Below, in pieces: positions 62,993 through 64,000 of a stretch of DNA of 64,000 bases (position 1 is the first letter of the stretch; each line of letters opens with the position of its first letter). Below the pieces are notes generated by a model that was not told where the DNA came from, did no database searches, and worked only from the letters and a program-made list of their open reading frames with translations. The position numbers and the translations under genes were made by a program. This stretch comes from Pocillopora damicornis (lineage: Eukaryota), in NCBI RefSeq assembly GCF_003704095.1, contig NW_020847569.1:930001-994000 (forward strand), written 5' to 3'.

Positions 62993-64000
62993 TACAGATA
63001 TCAGGACATAAGTATGTAAAAGTATGTAAAGAGCAATGTGAGTATGCCCTCCCCCCTACTAGACCAGGGTTCAGCAGAATATCACCTGATGGAGTTGTGC
63101 TTATACACAACATAGTAGATTCAATCCCCTTCCAAGTTGTTTTCCTCTGACATTGTGTCACACAGACTATGAATTAAAGGAAGCATGTTCATGTGTTGCA
63201 GTTGAGTGGTTATGTGCTGTAGTTTTCTCTCATCAGCAGGGAGCTATTCCATGTGATTCTCTCTGTGCTCAGTTTCCAATGACAAGCAAAAAAATATCAC
63301 AGTTGCAGTTAGCATGCCCTCATGGGCACTGCAGTACTAGGGGCAAAATCATTAGAAACAGGGAGGGATATGTGTGTTGGGGCTCTTGCTGGTTTTGCAG
63401 TTCATACCAGGGCATATTTTAGAGCTCATTTACAGCTGTTTGATTTATGGCTGTGGGTTGTGTAAGACCCATGGGAGTAGGAACCTGCACCTGTGAAGGG
63501 TAGAGTTTTCATCTTTATGCAGAACTCAATGGTAACTCATAGGTTTATACAGAACAACTTGGCAAAACTTCTGAGAACTTAAACATCAATTATGCTTCAG
63601 CACATCCATCAACAGCTGTATATTATGAAACTGTACTTTCTCTTGTATTCCTGTTTGTGAAGGCAGTAGTTTACATGGTACAAAAGGTGCCTGCAATCAA
63701 CACCTCCAGATGTATCATGGGTGTAACAACAAAACCATCCAAGGTGCATTACCCATATGTGCAACATGGAAGACTGTCCCCATTTGAACATATTTTTCAG
63801 TTCTTCCCCGACCCTTTTTTAAAAAGGTTTTAGGAGATATCCAATTAAATACATTTTAAAAACAAATTAGGGGTTTCACTGTCATGTAGCCATTTCTTAA
63901 CACAGTTTTTGTTTTCTGTCATTCATTGTCCACGATTTATCATTCAAGTATCTGTTTTCCAGCTTTTCTTTCTCCCATGTTTTGAAGCCCCCTCTGCTTA

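Noticed and set aside
63000-64000. Possible decayed gene or transposase after PDF
   Set aside because: Frames are broken by stops and I recognise no motif; cannot be supported without a search

Overview
Eukaryotic, AT-rich animal genomic DNA with spliceosomal introns and five N-gaps. The repeat families and gene content suggest an anthozoan such as a stony coral (inference). Left part (2-16 kb): four class-A GPCR genes arranged as a mirror (A+ B- B+ A-), interleaved with 0.15-0.9 kb inverted and direct duplications. Middle (19-42 kb): three paralogous 5-exon, single-lobe transferrin-family genes with signal peptides and hydrophobic GPI-like tails; their iron and anion ligands range from canonical to almost fully substituted. 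One carries an intronic 2-kb foldback with 60-bp tandem arrays and an L2/CR1 LINE 3' end. Right part (42-64 kb): conserved genes ANKRD60-like, PARD6, KDSR, an uncharacterised protein with a C39/papain-like Q-C-H-N signature, and mitochondrial PDF, mostly in CpG-poor sequence. Many MITEs, SINE fragments and a Penelope-type minimal hammerhead ribozyme motif are present. Exon boundaries were derived by hand from GT/AG sites and reading frame; identities quoted are visual estimates.
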